DNA of 61,697 nucleotides, counting the filler, from Dugesia japonica (Eukaryota), in the NCBI GenBank assembly GCA_001938525.1. It is 5 parts of 5 records of this genome, joined end to end, with 100 filler letters (N's around TTAATTAATTAA, not from the genome) between each part and the next. Parts side by side here need not be neighbours in the genome. Positions count along the whole stretch, not along the records: positions 12,201 to 23,130 come from MQRL01647772.1; positions 23,231 to 34,185 come from MQRL01629706.1; 3 more parts are not named here. One strand, 5' to 3'. Positions within the stretch are counted from its first letter, which is position 1; each line of letters opens with the position of its first letter. Positions 13,378 to 27,830 of the stretch are shown piece after piece. The position numbers and the translations under genes are program-made. The notes under the pieces are model-generated. The model was not told the origin of the DNA. It was given only the letters and a program-made list of their open reading frames with translations, and ran no database searches.

Positions 13378-14770
13378 GGGTACTCATGGTACCGGGGTAA
13401 CACAAGGACGGATCACGGGGCGAACAAACCCCAAAATTGGATCTAGAAAAGGATATTTAATGATAAAGAATGACTACTCACATGAATATTATGATGGCAG
13501 TATTGTTGGGGTGAAACTCAAGGAGAAGAATTACTGAAAAACCTAGGAAACCCCAAATAAATGGAATATGTTTTAATAAGGGATAATAAAATTAGGACTA
13601 ATAGAAAATATAATTTTAATTAATTGTGCCAGAAAATAATTCAAAGGAGCTGAAATTAAGGAAAATTAATGAAGATATTTATTAAGAAATAAAATTTAAA
13701 GAAGGACCAATTATAGAAAAATTATTTTAGAAAAATAAATAATTAAAATGAAATGGAATAAATCGCATTAGTAAAAATAATTAATAAGTTAATTAAAAAA
13801 GATAAAAAACAAAGGCCAATTAGTGAAAAGAAAGAAAAAGCAAATAACTTTGCTCAGAATAATCGGAAAATATCGGGACAAAAACAATGATTAGAATTCG
13901 GAAATGGAGTACGATTTTGCTAATTTCAAAAATGAGAAACCTTCAAGAAAACCAGGGAAAAGATTTGAAGAATAGGCTAATAAGGAACCAGAAAAAAATA
14001 CTTAGAACAAGGCATTAAAAATCAGGTGGTTTTGCTGAAAATACTCACTAATAAGGAACAAAGAACATGACAGAAAATTTACAAATTAAAAACAAATCAA
14101 AAAGCAAAGAAAGAATTTTAAAATAGGTCTCCAATCAGAAGGAAGTCGGGTTGCAAAAATAATGCTATAAAAAACCCACTAAATTTAGATTTTTTATCAA
14201 TTTTTAGTCAAGTTATCTGAGCGTAATTGAGACAGAAATTTCCGCCTTAGAAAAAAATATAACCACTACTAATTTATTTCTTGTAAATGAAATTAAATGT
14301 TTAGACTCGTTTATCGCAAAAATCAAATCATTAGGAAATTATAAGTTGTGTTTAAAAAAAATGTCCATTGCTAATACCACGACCAAAGTAGCATTCTTGA
14401 ACCAATATATTGCGGATCTAGAAGCTAGACTCAACATCCTGGTTATCAACCAATGGGATGCCCAGGATGACGAAGCTGCTTTCGATTTTAATAACGAATC
14501 TGTGGACCAACAATAGATGAAAATTTTAATGTAGAATAAATGTATTAACATAACCACTCTTGTCATATTGTCTTTTATATAGTTAAAATAAGATAGATAA
14601 AAAACCAGAATAAAATGAATGCGAGCATGCACTCAAAATACGTGTTACGAGTCACCGGTTCCATTCCAAAAATCTAGCACAGGAACCTAGATCAAATGCT
14701 TAGTTGGGTTTTACTGGGCGAACGATCCCCAGTCATAAATCAAAATCACCAATCCAGATAGAACCCTAAC
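13378..14770 (+). repeat. unclassified dispersed element (GC-richer ends, decayed coiled-coil coding core)
   Basis: 14620-14765 is homologous to the reverse complement of 33705-33845 (GAGTCA..GG(T/C)TCCATTCC.AA.ATCT.G..AGAT.AAAT.CTT..GGTTTTA.T.GGC.AAC). A plus-strand peptide reads VAFLNQYIADLEARLNILV. Confidence 0.45.
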
Positions 14771-15009
14771 AGTATGATAAAGTAAAGACGAAATGATTGA
14801 AAACAATTTTGTATCTAATAATCAAAATGAAATGAGAAAAATAATAGAAAAAATATTAAATACTAAAAAAGATAAATTAAATAAATTTTACAATAAAAAT
14901 TAACATCAAATCGAAATTTTTTAAATAAATTAATTTAAAGCATTACGAATAATTTTTAAGAGGTATAATAATTTATTTATTATAAATATCTATGAATATT
15001 TTATTTTTT

Positions 15010-18000
15010 TAGAAATGAAACGATCAGTGCAACACTGTGTTATTATGGGCATACAAAAAGGAATGTCCAAAAAATTCTCATGTGAAATGTTGTACATGAT
15101 ACAAGAAAGGGCATTTAAGTAGAAATTGCCCAGACAAGAATACACCAAAATGTTTTGGGTGTGGTAAGATTGGTCATATCAAAAGAATATGCACAGAAAT
15201 TGCATTTGGTAGATGTGAAAGACCAGGTCACAGAGCAGAAAAATGTTATTTGAACATTAATAAACATAGATTAGAAGAAAGAAAATACAATTGTAAAAGC
15301 GGACAACAAACAAAAGATTAGAGTCGGACAAAAGCAATTCATATCATTCGAGAAGAGGATGATGAAGAAAAAGAAGATATATTTTCTGGGAGCATAATAG
15401 CAAATGAATATCAAATAAGAAAATACCCAAAAAGCAGGGCTTCATCAGTAGAAGAGTTGGTCGGAGCCATTCATTAAACGAGATACCGTTTGAATATCCT
15501 AAAGAGACCGAGAAATGAGATGAGACGAGTAAAGTGGGAGAAAAGGTTAACAGATTCTTAAAAAGAGAAAGTTTCAATGATGCAAAGTTAACAAAGCAGA
15601 AATGATAGGAATAATTGAAGAGAAATTGAATGTAGAAATTTTGTATGATAAAATGGAAGGGATACCGAGCATTTCAATGATTATCAAGGGATAACAGTTT
15701 GATTGTTTGTTGGATACAGGAGCAAGAATAAATGTAATGAGCATGAAAGGATTTAATAGATTCGGAGAAACAATGTTAAAGAAAAGCGAGGAAAGATTGC
15801 ATTGCGCAAATAAAAGTTCATTGGAATGGATTAGAAAGATACGTGCCGAAGTTGCAGTTTCAGAGGTGTGCAAGGAAATACTATTTATAATAGTAGAGAA
15901 ATTAATACCAGATCTAAATGGTGGAGTGGAATTTCAAAATACCTTTAGGTATCATCTGCAAAAAAAGTGCAGGGTAGACATCAATAATCATCGAGAAAAA
16001 TTTATTTGCAACATCGAGGCAAAATTTGAAAGACAAATACAGACGGGTGAACAATTGAGACATGCAATGGAAATTCTAGAAATTAACAAAGATTGTAGAT
16101 TGACTGCGATTATTCAGAATAATGAAGATGTATTTATGGCGGATAAATGGGACATTAGATGTACACACTTAACAAAGCATCAGATAATCACTAAAGAAGG
16201 TCCAATCAACATAAAACCGTATCGTCAACCAATGAATCTAGAGGAAAAGATTAAAGAGGCCATCAAGAATTTGTATGATAATGGTATCATTTGAAAGTGT
16301 AATTTGCAATGGAATACACCATTAATCTGGGTTTGGAAAATGGAAAAAAGGATATACGATTATGCTTAGACTTTAGACAGCTCAATGCAATAACAGAAAG
16401 ACAACAGTTTCCTATGCGGACGAAATGCTAGATGCTTTGGAAGGTATGCAGTATTTTAGCTCAATAGACTCGGGAAATACATTTTACCAAATAGAACTCA
16501 GTGAAAATTCTCATGAAAAGACGACTTTTTCGACCAAACAATGACAATTTTGTTTCAATAGAATGCCTTTTTAAATTACAGCAGCACCAGGTACGTTCTA
16601 GGAAATGATTAATAAAGTAATCAGAAAAATAAAAGGAGTTATGGTTTATCTAGATGATATTCTCATATAGGAGCAACACTATGAAATAATCAATAGAATA
16701 TTAACAGAAATTAAGAATGCTGGTCTAAGAGTTAATCCGAAGAAATGCCAATTCATGCGAAAGAGATCAAAGTTTTGGGACACGTTATCAGTAAAGAAGG
16801 TGTCAAAACAGATCCAACTCAAATAGAAGCAATTAAGAACTTTGGTGAACCAAAATGCGTTAAGAAAATGAGAAACCTTTTAGGAATTTGCAACTACTAT
16901 CGCAACGTTATTAAAGATTATTCGAGAAAAAGCTAGATAGTTGGAACAACTGTGTAGTGGGCCAAGTAACAAGAAAGTTGAATGGGCGAATAAATTAGAA
17001 GAAGTTTTTAATGGAATGAAAGAAACACTAATGATGCCTCCAATATTATGTTTTCCAGATATAAATAGAGGGTTTAATTTGGAAACAGATGCGAGTTTTG
17101 ATACGATTGGAGCAGTAGTATCTCAAAAGAACAACAATAAACAAGAAAGAGTAATTGCACATGGGTCACACGCAATGACGAGCCATGAGAAAGGATATTG
17201 TACGACACGGAAAGAATTGCTCCTAATTTACTACTTTTGTATTCATTTCCAACATTACTTATATGGAAAGAGATTTATCCTCAGAACAGATCATAAAGCC
17301 ATCACTTTTATGCTAAATACCAACATGCCAATTACATCACAGTTTCAAACCTAGATTAATTATTTAAGCAGTTTAGATATAAAATTGGAATATATAAAAG
17401 GATCGCTTCATACAAATGTGGATATGTTATCAAGCAGTAAATGCGATACATGTGCACAATGTCTAATGTCACACGAGGATCCCAAAAGTAGAAAATTAAA
17501 AACAAGGATGTTAAATACAGTAGATATTCATTAAGAACAAGGCAACTTTGGTGAGAATAATGAAGGAACATGGATCCCTGATGATAAAATAGAAGAAGTT
17601 ATAATGAGGGTACACTATCTTTTGTGTCATACTAAAGCAGAAAAGATAGCAGCGTATATGAAGCATAAATATAACGCGAAATGTTTTGTGGATCAAAGTA
17701 AAAGATGTTTTCCAAAGCTGTATAACATTCCAGAAAACTAAAGTGTTGACAACAAAAACGAAGAAAGAAATAAAAAAGATGCAGCCAGCAAAAATGTTTG
17801 AACTATTATTTATAGATGTGTTTGTACCATTGACGGAGACAAAAGGTCGGAAAAAATATGTTCTCGGTATAATAGACCAATGCAGTAAGTATATAGCATT
17901 AATAGCAATGACAAAACAAGATGAAGATACCATACGAAAAGTAATATTGGACAAGTAAATATTAAAGTTCGGTTGTCCGAGAGAAATCCGAGTTGATTGT

Positions 18001-18520
18001 GGAAGAGCATTTGAGTCTAAATCAATTAAAGATTTCGCAGCTGAACATGGAATTACTCTCAAGTTTTCGAGTTTATATCATCATAACACAGATAGGCAAA
18101 TCGAGAGGCAATTTAAAAATATGCAGGATATGATTATTGCAACGCTTACAGAAAGGAAAACTTCTGATTGGGGGGATGTATTGCCAGGGATAGAATTTAC
18201 CTTAAATGCTACAAAACAGAAAACTATCGGGAATAGCCCTGCTGAAATCATATTTGGGAAGAGAAAAAGCAGTGAAAAATGGAATGAAACCAATAATCAA
18301 AGAGTGCATAAAGAACAAGAGGAAGAAATATTAACCAAAAAACAATTCGACATCGGTGATGAGGTCTTAGTGAAAGCTGAAACAATAACCAAGGTCCTTA
18401 TAAAGTGCCGTATAAGATCAAGAGGAAGATTCATGACAGACGTTACATCCTGGAAGATACAAACCGAAAAAGTCACGAAAGAAACATAGTGAAGATCAAA
18501 AGATTTCTTGAAAGAGGGAT
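15010..18520 (+). mobile_element. Ty3/Gypsy LTR retrotransposon internal region, degenerate (gag-PR-RT-RH-IN)
   Basis: CCHC knuckles (CFGCGKIGHIKRIC), protease LLDTGA, RT VYLDDIL, RNase H LETDAS..TRKELL..RTDHKA, integrase IIDQCSKY..IRVDCG..IEFTLNAT, and a purine tract AAAGAGGGA before the LTR. Many stops and frameshifts. Confidence 0.95.
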
Positions 18521-18780
18521 GTGAGTATGTATTAAAAAAGTTCAAATTTTTGTGTGGTTGGTGATCGTTTTTCTTGAAATCTTTTTTGAAAAAGATTTAA
18601 ATTGAAATGAAAAATTAAATGACGAATAAGTAATTGTTTTAAATTCTGAAATTAAGTTTTAATAAATAAATTGAAAATTTAATATAAAATCTGATTTAAA
18701 AAATCAAATTTTTTTAAATAGATTTTAAAAAATCTTAGGAAGCGATCACCAATTTAAAACAGGAATTTAATTTGTTTAAA
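18520..18780 (+). repeat. 3' LTR of Gypsy element (3' boundary uncertain)
   Basis: Starts TGTGAGTATGT directly after the polypurine tract. The same start occurs at 41003 and 41971. Confidence 0.65.
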
Positions 18781-18789
18781 AAAACAATT

Positions 18790-20203
18790 AGTGTTGTGAT
18801 AGTTTTTATTTTAATAATTTTATGGAGTTGAATTCTGATGTTAATGATTCGACGAGCTTTCCAAATTCACCTAACACCCTGATTTTACAATTTTTCAAAA
18901 AACAAAATCAAGATAGCATTACAGAATCAGAAAATATAAAAGCAGTAAAAGCGATTTTGTTTGAAGAAACATTTTCTTTCCAACTATCACTGTCTCCATA
19001 GAACATAATATTCGTTTCAGAGGAAATCTCAAAATGGGCTAAATATTTGACCATTAGTTTAGCTAAATTTGATTTTCTAATTTTATTGCATTGCCAAGTT
19101 TCCATTCTTCACTTATTTTTACCTTTGAGTAAAATGTTTCAAAAAATTTCCAATCATTTAATACGTACTAGAAATTCACACAATAATTTACTTGATACTT
19201 TAAAAAACGAGAGAAAATTGTAATTCCTTGTTTTATACAAATTTTGAAATTGTTACAATTATAACTAAATCACTTAATATAGAAATCGAAGTTACAAGAC
19301 AAATGAAACGGCAATTGAACAGAAATATTATTCATGATTTTGTGCCGGAAGATTTTTACAGAAAGAGTGTATATATTCCTAGGCTAGATAACATTATTGC
19401 AGATAAAATGAATATGTTTTTAGAGAAATTAATCAATTTTGTTGATTTAAATATTTTAATAAGAAATAACTTAATAAATACTGACGAAACTTTTCTGAAA
19501 ACAAAAATCAATCAGATATCTAATCACTTGGTCGAAATCTTAGGTAAAGATAAAGTAAATTTAAGTTATCAACTAAATAGTGACATTTTATTATTGAAGT
19601 AATTCATTCAATTCGAAACTTGTCAACTTTAGAAGAAACGCTTTTTTATCTTGACGAGAATATTTATCCAATAATATTTTCAATGTTATCTATCAATTTT
19701 GTGTTACCTGTTAAAGTGGCTTCAGAGGAAAGAAGTTGGTCATGCTTGAAAAGAATAAAAACCTACTTTAAAAATAAAGTAGGTAAAGATAGATTGTTAG
19801 GTTTAACGTTATTAAATATTTATAGAGATAAAGATGTTAAAATTGATGATGTAATACATTTATTAGCCAATATCGGAAAAAGGAGGCTAGACTTAAAAAT
19901 AAAATTAAAGTTTATTTAATTTAAACCAAGAAAATTTATCTTTAGTTTTGATTACAATAGTATGTCGGTAAATTTATTGTTATATACGTATATTATGGGT
20001 GTAATATTTTTGTTCAGTGTTGCAAGGTAATGGTTTGTAACTGCTATTATAAGTGTTATGTGTATAAGTCTAATATTTATTAAGAATTTAAGTGTTTCAT
20101 GTAAATAAAAATTTTTGATGAATTAATTAATTTTTTTATTAAAATAAAAATTTTGTTATAATTTATTTATATCGCCTCCATAAAAATTCTTGAATCGTCA
20201 CTG
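18790..20203 (+). mobile_element. hAT transposon 3' part (ZMYM1/THAP12-like transposase pseudogene)
   Basis: PEDFYRKSVYIPRLDNII and YPIIFSML..LPVKVASEERSWSCLKRIKTYFKNKVGKDRLLGLTLLNIYRD (hAT C-terminal dimerisation domain). Terminus ..TTGAATCGTCACTG at 20203. Confidence 0.88.
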
Positions 20204-20299
20204 GTAACATAAGTATTTTATATTATAAACTGATATTAATTTCTAAAAAAAAGAATCCGAACTATTTTCTTTTACGAAATTACAATTTAATAAACTATA

Positions 20300-22845
20300 G
20301 TTAGAGTTAATTTCAGTTTAAATATTTATTATACCAAAGAAATTATAATAAATTCCATATTTTCGTCATATACTTTAGCACTCCTAGATCTCGATTGAGT
20401 ATCTAGAGTGCTATGTTTTCCTTTGGCTAGCCAACTGCAAACATATATTTTGGAATCAAATAAAGTGAGTTGAGGACTTACAAGTTTTATAAATAGCAAA
20501 TTCGAGAAATTTCTTGTCAATAAAGACTAATGTGTTGGTGTAACTATTAAATTAATAGCTGAAAATCCTCGCTCACATTATGTACTTGAAATCGCTATTG
20601 TAGATATTGCTGTAAAAGGTTAATTTAAATTTGTACGAATTTCACTGCCAGTCGTATTTATGAATGTTCAAAAATCTATCATTGCAGTTTATTGATTTAT
20701 TATAAATCTGTGTAACATCAAACAGACCTTTTCTTCGCCGTGCCGTAGGCCACATTTTTAAATTTTAGTCTACATACTCGAATTAAGGTACAATACTTTA
20801 AACTCTGCCAGTAATTTTTCAAATTATCATAGTGTCAATTACAAACATTCTTGAACGAAGGTTATTGGTCAAACTCCTATAAAATTGACCACAATATATT
20901 ATAACTTCTGTTTTATTTCCAGTTACAAGCTCAACACCACGAATACTATTCTTTTTCACTGCGGCTGTTGCTTCAAAATAATACTTTCTACCATTGATTC
21001 AAAAATTCGAGCTTGTAAACATATTTCCTAGTGATCTGTAATTACTGTACATTTTCGTTTTTCCAGTTTTAAAGATAAATGCGATAGCTCTATCATGACA
21101 TCATAAATAAGTCCATGATTCTGTAAAGCAATTGATGTTATTTTCAAAGCTAATCAATGAAACTTAGCTTTTCCGTATTCGTCTCTTCTGGTATCTTTTG
21201 AAGCTTCAGAAAAATGCCTAAATAGAGCAGGATAATCTATTCAAAGAGCTTTTACGGTTCTTGAAGAGGATGAAACTCAACAAACGTCTAAAATTCGTCC
21301 AAATGTCAACATAACTTGATCAACTGATTTCGAACATACTTTTAGTTCTTATTGGTACTTATGGATAGAATGAAATGACGTACGTATTTTATCAAAAATT
21401 GTTCTAAGATAATTGACACCAATAATTTCTTTCATTGTATCACCAACACATAATTTTAGTTGGTGGTTCAAACAATGTCAAATTATAAGATTAGGGTACT
21501 TCCCCAGAAACAATTTAGCAACTCATGATTTACTTCCCAGCATAAATGCAGAACTATCGCAAGTTAAGGAAACAAGACACTCTTGTAAAATAGCTTCAGT
21601 TAGTCCAAGGATATTTAATTTGATGAAGTGAAGTTTATTCATCTAAACTTATTCCAAGTTTGGGCTTTCTATAACCTATTCTCTTTAAAAGAGTTCTTTG
21701 CATTTGTTCAGAAATGTGCATTAAAACATTTGCGCTAGTAAAATTTGAGTGTAAAGCCTTTCCCACATCAACGCCATTGAGAATTCGTACATCAACCTCG
21801 AACCCATTTGATCGATGGTTTAACTTGGCTTGTTTATAAGCCATACGAAACATTCGTTCTGTAACACCGAATTTGTTTATGCATATCTGCTAAAACACCT
21901 GCCATTATATTTTTTATCCCGCGTGGAAATATCAAAATAGTTTTTAAAGTCTTTGGATGATAATTGTTCCGTCACAAATTTGGTTTCAACCACATTCACT
22001 TCACCAGTTCCACTTGCCTCTTCATATACAATATTTATTTCAATTTTAGGATTTTCCTTTGTTCTTTTAGTATGACCAAAATATTCCAAAAAATTGTTTT
22101 TTTGAGATATTTTTGTAAGTTTTCATTAATTTTTCAAATAGGAAAAATTAGTCATACAACCTTTTCTACATACATTTTGTATGTCGAACAAATAATGAAA
22201 TTGGTTTCCAATACGACGGACATAAGAAACAGAAAATGCAAAGAATTCAAAATATACACTACAAATAAAATACTTAAATTACACAAATATAGGAAATATA
22301 AAAAAATATAAGAAATACTATAAAATATTAAATAAATTAAGAAATATAAAATATTAATAAAAGAAATACTATGAAAAACTACAAATATAAAATATTTACG
22401 AAACAGCGGAAACCTGAAAATATATAAGAAACTGTAAAATACTCAAAATAAAAGAAGACAATTTTTAATTACTAGTAAAATTTTATATAATACAAAATAA
22501 CAATAATTCTCTATTAAAAAAATCTAAATCACTAAACGCAAGCTGACTGATATCGACAAAAACCAAAATCATAGTGACAATATGAATTGGTTTCTATAAT
22601 ATTTTTGAAACATATAACCTACAATGTGAATTAATTTGAATTTCTTTTATAAAATATTCAAATTGCAAAAAATAATATGTACAAAATACAATTTTTTAAA
22701 TAACCAAAAAAATTATATTTTATTTTTTCGTTGATAGGAAGGGAATGGAAATAGGAATTAAAAAACAAAACTTAATAAGAAAATATTTCACGTAATGTTT
22801 TTAAAAAAGAACCGGAAACGTTGTTCCGGGCGAAATTAAGCGTAA
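20300..22845 (-). mobile_element. hAT transposon remnant (KIAA1586-like transposase)
   Basis: VTERMFRMAYKQAKLNHRS..LNGVDVGKALHSNFTS..LGISLDE, CDSSAFMLG..WHCLNHQLKL, and C-terminal ISST*CERGFS. A CCGG-containing terminus lies near 22810-22842. Confidence 0.8.
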
Positions 22846-23230
22846 TTATAAGTCATATATTTTATACATAAAAATAAAATTCAAATGGTAAATTATATTT
22901 TATTATGTTCAATAATTATTTGAAGCTAACCTAATTTGCTAATTAGTTCTATTTGAAACTTTGTGGAAGGCATGGTGCATGAAATTTATATAAAAACTTT
23001 AATTTTCTGATTAGACATTTCAATAAGTAAATAGTACAATTTATTTTTTGGTGATTGTTAGGTTAAGATACAACACCAATCTATTATAAATATTTATTAG
23101 ATATCAAAATATATTTTGAATCACTTCTGANNNNNNNNNNNNNNNNNNNNNNNNNNNNNNNNNNNNNNNNNNNNTTAATTAATTAANNNNNNNNNNNNNN
23201 NNNNNNNNNNNNNNNNNNNNNNNNNNNNNN

Positions 23231-25618
<2,388 letters not shown>

Positions 25619-25779
25619 CTATAAGACATGGTTACTATGTAATAAAACATCCATAATCCTTAAAATACATGGTTGCTATGTAAATAATACAAGGTAACTA
25701 TGCAAATAATATACTCATAAACCCTATACACTCATAAAAATACTTTCTTGTAAGTAGTTATATATGGAAAGGTTCCATG

Positions 25780-26480
25780 AATTTATGATTTTTTTTTGGA
25801 AAAAGTTCTATGTTTTTTATCATTTTATTCTAAGAAATGTTCTTAACTAATATGTTTTTTATAGAATAAATTGCATGAGTAATATGTTTTTATTAAATAT
25901 TGCATCACTAATGATATTTTTTATTTGAAATTGCATCACTAAAGAGAATTTTTATTTAGAATTGCATCGCTAATGAGAACGTTTATTAAAACTTGCATCG
26001 CTAATGAGAAATTTTTAAAAAATTGCAACACTAATGAAACTTTTTATTAAAAATTGCATCGCTAATGATTTTTTTAATGAGAGTTTTTATTGAAAATTAC
26101 ATGATTAATGTTTTTTATAGAAAAATAATATGACTTATATGTTGTTTATAGAAACTTGTCACTATTAATATGCTTTTTTAAAGAAAATTGTCACTAGTAA
26201 TATGTTTTATTTTTAAAAATTGCATCACTAATGAGATTTCTTCTTAAAAATTGCAACGTTAATATGTCTTTTACGGAAAATTATCACTACATATATGTTT
26301 TTTATAGAAAGAGTGCAATGAGAATTTTATTAAAAATTGCATGACTAATATGTTTTTATGAAAAAAGTTCTGTTTTTTCTAATTTTATGATTTTTTTAGA
26401 AATTGAATGACTAATATGTTTTTTATAGAAAATCATCTAGCTAATACGTTTTTTTTGAAAAAGTTCTATGTTTTTATTAT
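25780..26480. repeat. degenerate tandem repeat, ~30-35 bp unit (AAAATTGCATCACTAATGAGA..TTTTTATT)
   Basis: The motif TTGCA(T/A)C(A/G)CTAAT recurs many times at about 30-35 nt spacing. Confidence 0.85.
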
Positions 26481-26599
26481 CATGTAAATATCACAAAGAC
26501 TCCCCTCTTTGGTTATATTTTAATGGTTATATTTTATCATCTAAATATCACAGAGACTCCCCTCTTTTGGGAAAACATTTTCCACACAAATTATGTCAT

Positions 26600-27830
26600 C
26601 AGATTAATTTTATCGGTGAAATTTAATTAATTGGTATAGAATTTTCTTGTGTATTTAGTTGGGAAAACTTTTAAGGCTTTTACTGGTAATGTGTTGTTTA
26701 ATTTTTCCTGTGTATTTAGTTGGGAATTTATTCGGTGAAGTGGAATGAGGTCAGTTTTTGATTGGTTTAGGTGAATTTGGTCTGAATGTTTCTCGGCGAG
26801 CTCGAATGTGGTCAATTTTTGACTGTTTTTTGATGAAATTGGTCTAATTTATTCTCGAAATTGGTAATTTTTGGGTAAATTGGTTACATTTATCCTCGGA
26901 AATTGTCAATTTGGGCAAACTTGGTCGGTTTTAAGTTATTTTTGAGCGATTTGGTTAGGAATTTACTAGGTGAGGTCAATTTTTTATTGGTTTTAAGTTG
27001 GTTTTTGTTCAAAGTTTCTTGGGTGAGGTTGAATAAGGTAAATTTTTGGTTAGTTCAGGTGAATTTCGTCCCATATTTCCTCGGGATTGCTAGGTTTGGA
27101 TAATTTCTGGGTAATTTGGTTCAATATTTCCTCCGGATTGGTCATTTTGGATAATTTTGAGATGAATTCATTCAATTATGTTCCTCGGATTTGGTTAATT
27201 TCAGTCAGTTTTGGAGGATTTTGGTGAATGTTTCCTCAGGTTTGGTTAGCTTAGATAATGTTTGGGGTGATTTGGTCAATTATTTACTTAGTTTATGTTA
27301 TTTTTGGTTAATTATTTACTCAGTTTAGTCAAAGTTTGGTGATTATCTATTCGGAAATGGTTAGTTTGAGTAATTTTTGTACAATCTTAGTCAGTTAATT
27401 ACTCAGATCGGTCAGTTTTGGATGATTTAGTAAAATATTTTTTCGGGAATGGTTAACTTGGTTAATTTTTGGAAGATTTAGTATTTTATTTACTCGGTTT
27501 AGGTAATATTGGTCAATTATTTACTTGTATGGACAAACTTGGTTAATTATTTGTTCACAAGGGTTAGGTGAATTCGGTCAATTATTTACTTGATAATGGT
27601 TAAGTTTGTTAATTTCTGAGTGATTCGGTCAGTTATTTACTCACAGCGGTCAGATTTTGGTTGACAGTACTCAGAGGTTTGTTGACAGTGCTCAGAATTT
27701 GGTTTTCAGGGCACAGAGATTGGATGGTTATGGTCAATAATTTATTCACAAGTCTAATTTTTCGATGATTTGGGGTAATAATTTTCTTTGTAAGGGTAAT
27801 TTCGTCAATTATTTTATTTAAATTAGTTAA
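26600..27830. repeat. degenerate G/T-skewed satellite (TTTGGTCAAT / TTTCCTCGG motifs)
   Basis: Recurring TTGGT(C/T)AAT and TT(C/A)CTCGG motifs. The same family lies at 59905-60540. Confidence 0.8.

Noticed and set aside
17511-18062. 183-aa minus-strand ORF and similar antisense ORFs over Gypsy and hAT copies
   Set aside because: Antisense shadows of integrase or transposase frames.
25780-26480. CRISPR-like periodicity in ~30-35 bp repeats (also 30260-30600 and 61335-61500)
   Set aside because: Units are degenerate tandem copies without unique spacers, there are no cas genes, and the context is eukaryotic.
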